64,000 nucleotides of DNA. It comes from Candidatus Cloacimonadota bacterium (GTDB taxonomy: Bacteria; Cloacimonadota; Cloacimonadia; G963667145). Location: assembly GCA_963676515.1 (NCBI GenBank), contig OY781061.1:386890-450889 (forward strand), read 5' to 3'. Positions 61,912-64,000 of this stretch are shown here, one piece after another (within the stretch, counting starts at the first letter, position 1; every line of letters starts with the position of its first letter). The notes beneath the pieces are model-generated. The model did no database searches. It was not told the origin of the DNA and saw nothing but the letters and a program-made list of their open reading frames with translations. The translations under genes were made by a program, and so were the position numbers.

Positions 61912-62859
61912 TCACTCTGGGCAACAGAGAGATTTCTGTGTGATAGCTCGGATAGTGAGGACGAACAAAAGGACGATGAAAAAGCTCAAAAGACCGTAAA
62001 AAAACCAAAGTAAACCTTTCACGAAGACGAAATGAGTAGATTCGTAAAAGAGCAAAGTGGACAAAGTCAATGCTGCCAGAGGAAAAGAGTACGCCCACCA
62101 AGCTAGAGAGAACTCAATTTTGGTAAATCTTTTGGCTTGCAGAAATACCAATCCAGCTAAAAATAAAGAGAAATAGTATAAAACTAAGCTGAAATTCTCC
62201 ACCTGCCCAACAAGCTTGGTATATGAGATGAAAGCTATCGACGGTGGTGCGAACAAAATAAACAACGATGGCAAGAGCTTACTGGCGATCGGCTTGTGAA
62301 AAAGAATGCGATTGATGACAATGCTGAAAAGCACCAGCCACATAAATATTCCGATAGAGAAGAAAAACCAAGAGAGCTGAATATAGCCAAGTTGCACGCC
62401 CGCTATAGGTGCTATGACATTGCCTACCACGGGGATGAACCAAGCGGGATTCAGGTGATGATACTCCAAATCTTCGCGGTTTATCCATTGCGAGATGTTG
62501 TAAAAAGAAAAATAAATCTGCAATATAGCTCCAATCCACCATAAGGCTCTTGCCACTTCCAGCTGTAATGGCAAAAAAATGATGCTAAAGATCAAGAAAA
62601 CTTTGGGTATTATGGGGAAAAAATTTACTCGGACAGGATGTGCGATATCTTCCTTGAAAGCCTGAGGATAAGCAATAATTTTCAGGGAATAGATTCCAAA
62701 AATTACCACAGCTAGTAGCACAGTAAACCACAAAAAGTACAAATACCAATCCCCAAGTGCGAAAAGATGGGAAATTTTTTGCGACGCCAGCGTAAATCCA
62801 GCAAAGCCAAGCACTATTGCAAAAAACGAGTTGTAAAAATACGACAATCTCTTATTCAT
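61912..62859 (-). CDS. TDT/TehA-like (SLAC1-type) anion channel/transporter family membrane protein
   Basis: 315 aa, about 10 TM helices with composition resembling TehA/C4-dicarboxylate transporter family; assignment tentative. Confidence 0.4.
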   Translation of the reverse strand: MNKRLSYFYNSFFAIVLGFAGFTLASQKISHLFALGDWYLYFLWFTVLLAVVIFGIYSLKIIAYPQAFKEDIAHPVRVNFFPIIPKVFLIFSIIFLPLQLEVARALWWIGAILQIYFSFYNISQWINREDLEYHHLNPAWFIPVVGNVIAPIAGVQLGYIQLSWFFFSIGIFMWLVLFSIVINRILFHKPIASKLLPSLFILFAPPSIAFISYTKLVGQVENFSLVLYYFSLFLAGLVFLQAKRFTKIEFSLAWWAYSFPLAALTLSTLLFYESTHFVFVKGLLWFFYGLLSFFIVLLFVLTIRAITQKSLCCPE

Positions 62860-62873
62860 TTAAAATCCTTTGT

Positions 62874-63248
62874 TTAAAATCTACCCGTCTTCAGCAGCAC
62901 CAAAGTGCAAGCCTGCACGGTTTGGATGCCACAATCTTGGAAATAAGCGATCAGCTCATCGTCCTGCGTCCCGGGGTTAAATATCATCCTTCGAGGCTTG
63001 AGGTCGGCTACCTTCTCTTTCATCTTGCTCATGGCGATAGGATTGACATAGACGGTTATCGTGTCCACTCGTGGGCAATCTTCTAGGCTGTTGCACACTT
63101 TTTGCCCCTCTATCTCGGAGAGCTTGGGATGGAAGAGCACAACCTCGTGTCCTTGCTCCCACAAGAGCTTCATCGCTTTGTATGAGTAGCGTTCCTCTTT
63201 TTGGGAAGCTCCTATTATCATTACGGTCATCTTCGCTAAACCAGCCAT
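62874..63248 (-). CDS. CoA-binding domain protein (YccU/YneT-like)
   Basis: MTVMIIGASQKEERYSYKAMKLLWEQGHEVVLFHP matches the KxIAVVGAS...Y...GYEVIPV N-terminal pattern; the track ORF extends 50 codons further upstream. Confidence 0.55.
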   Translation of the reverse strand: MAGLAKMTVMIIGASQKEERYSYKAMKLLWEQGHEVVLFHPKLSEIEGQKVCNSLEDCPRVDTITVYVNPIAMSKMKEKVADLKPRRMIFNPGTQDDELIAYFQDCGIQTVQACTLVLLKTGRF

Positions 63249-64000
63249 TTTGCTAATCCTCTCACAAACTTGCCGCTCATCTTCCCCATCATCCATTGCT
63301 CGGCGACCATTTTGCTTATCATCGAAACAGTAGGGAAGCTGTGCTGCATCAGCAGGATGTGGTGCATTTTCTTGCCATACTGCATGATAGGTATCCACTC
63401 GTGGATTAGCTCGCTCGCCGACTCACCAACTACTGTAACACCGTAAATTTTGCCTGACTTGCTCACTAGCACCTTGATGAACCCCGACGGAGCACCATCT
63501 GCCACTAGTCTGCCATAGTCGGCAAATTCTTTCCTCACTACCTCAAATTTGAGCCCTCTCTCTCGGGCTTGCCTCTCGTCTAGTCCCACCTGAGCCACTT
63601 CTGGCTCTGTAAACACTGACCAAGGAACCAGATACTTCTTGCGTTGCAAAAAAGACAGCCTGAAAGGAGAGACTGCGTCCATCAACGCTAACATCCCCTG
63701 ATGCATCGCCGCATGGGAGAACAAATTCAAGCCATTGCAATCACCCACAGCGTAGATGCCAGACTTGTTGGTCCTCAGGTGCTGGTTCACGGTAATGCCG
63801 CAACGGTCGTACTTGATTTTGGCGTTGTTCAGATTCAGCTTCTCCAAGCTCGGCTTCCGCCCAGCTGCCACCATTATCTGCTCCGAGACGACCTGTCCCT
63901 GCTCCAGATGAGTGACTACCTTGCCAGCTACCTGCTCCACTTTGGTAATGTTTACGCCGTTGAAAACGGTAATCCCCTCAGAGATAAACTTTGCTTCTAG
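63236..64000 (-). CDS. FAD-dependent pyridine nucleotide-disulfide oxidoreductase, C-terminal part (runs off the window end)
   Basis: SGIYAVGDCNG FAD motif and C-terminal dimerisation-domain blocks; track start is a GTG and the frame remains open to position 64000. Confidence 0.55.
   Translation of the reverse strand, partial: LEAKFISEGITVFNGVNITKVEQVAGKVVTHLEQGQVVSEQIMVAAGRKPSLEKLNLNNAKIKYDRCGITVNQHLRTNKSGIYAVGDCNGLNLFSHAAMHQGMLALMDAVSPFRLSFLQRKKYLVPWSVFTEPEVAQVGLDERQARERGLKFEVVRKEFADYGRLVADGAPSGFIKVLVSKSGKIYGVTVVGESASELIHEWIPIMQYGKKMHHILLMQHSFPTVSMISKMVAEQWMMGKMSGKFVRGLAKWLV

Overview
This 64-kb window looks like chromosome from a low-GC (roughly 40% by eye), anaerobic, diderm (Gram-negative-type) bacterium; phylum could not be assigned from sequence alone. 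Supporting traits are an NrdDG anaerobic ribonucleotide reductase, nitroreductase, flavodoxin/ferredoxin, radical-SAM enzymes, many lipoproteins, outer-membrane proteins ending in Phe, and a TolC/RND efflux pump. Almost all of it is tightly packed housekeeping content, mostly on the minus strand. It holds a complete rRNA operon on the minus strand (16S, tRNA-Ile(GAT), tRNA-Ala(TGC), 23S, 5S) and four further tRNAs (Asn; a Pro-Val-Asp cluster). There is a small SRP RNA (ffs) that the ORF track cannot show. Four excision/base-repair genes are present (uvrA, tag, uvrB, a UvrD/PcrA-type helicase). A TetR-headed RND efflux operon is present. A very long minus-strand run of 4-nt-overlapping genes mixes essentials (thrS, era, holB, gmhA, kpsF) with paralogous outer-membrane proteins. 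No CRISPR, prophage, integrase, restriction-modification or toxin-antitoxin signature was seen. The most unusual local features follow. (1) A standalone IS200-like/RAYT Y1 HUH transposase homologue carries a perfect 36-bp GC-rich palindrome inside its coding sequence and sits 12 nt upstream of a translationally coupled uvrA-DUF3795-tag-MFS-DUF3795 operon. (2) A 107-aa secreted, membrane-anchored protein gene lies inside the rRNA spacer between tRNA-Ala and 23S. (3) A cluster of paralogous predicted outer-membrane beta-barrels plus a 732-aa lipoprotein is interleaved with kpsF and gmhA, and one barrel carries an in-frame 15-bp tandem repeat. (4) Short conserved 3'-UTR hairpin elements and a GC-rich structured intergenic island were found. 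Some CDS ends deduced by hand differ by +/-1 nt from the supplied ORF track; RNA coordinates are accurate to about +/-2 nt.
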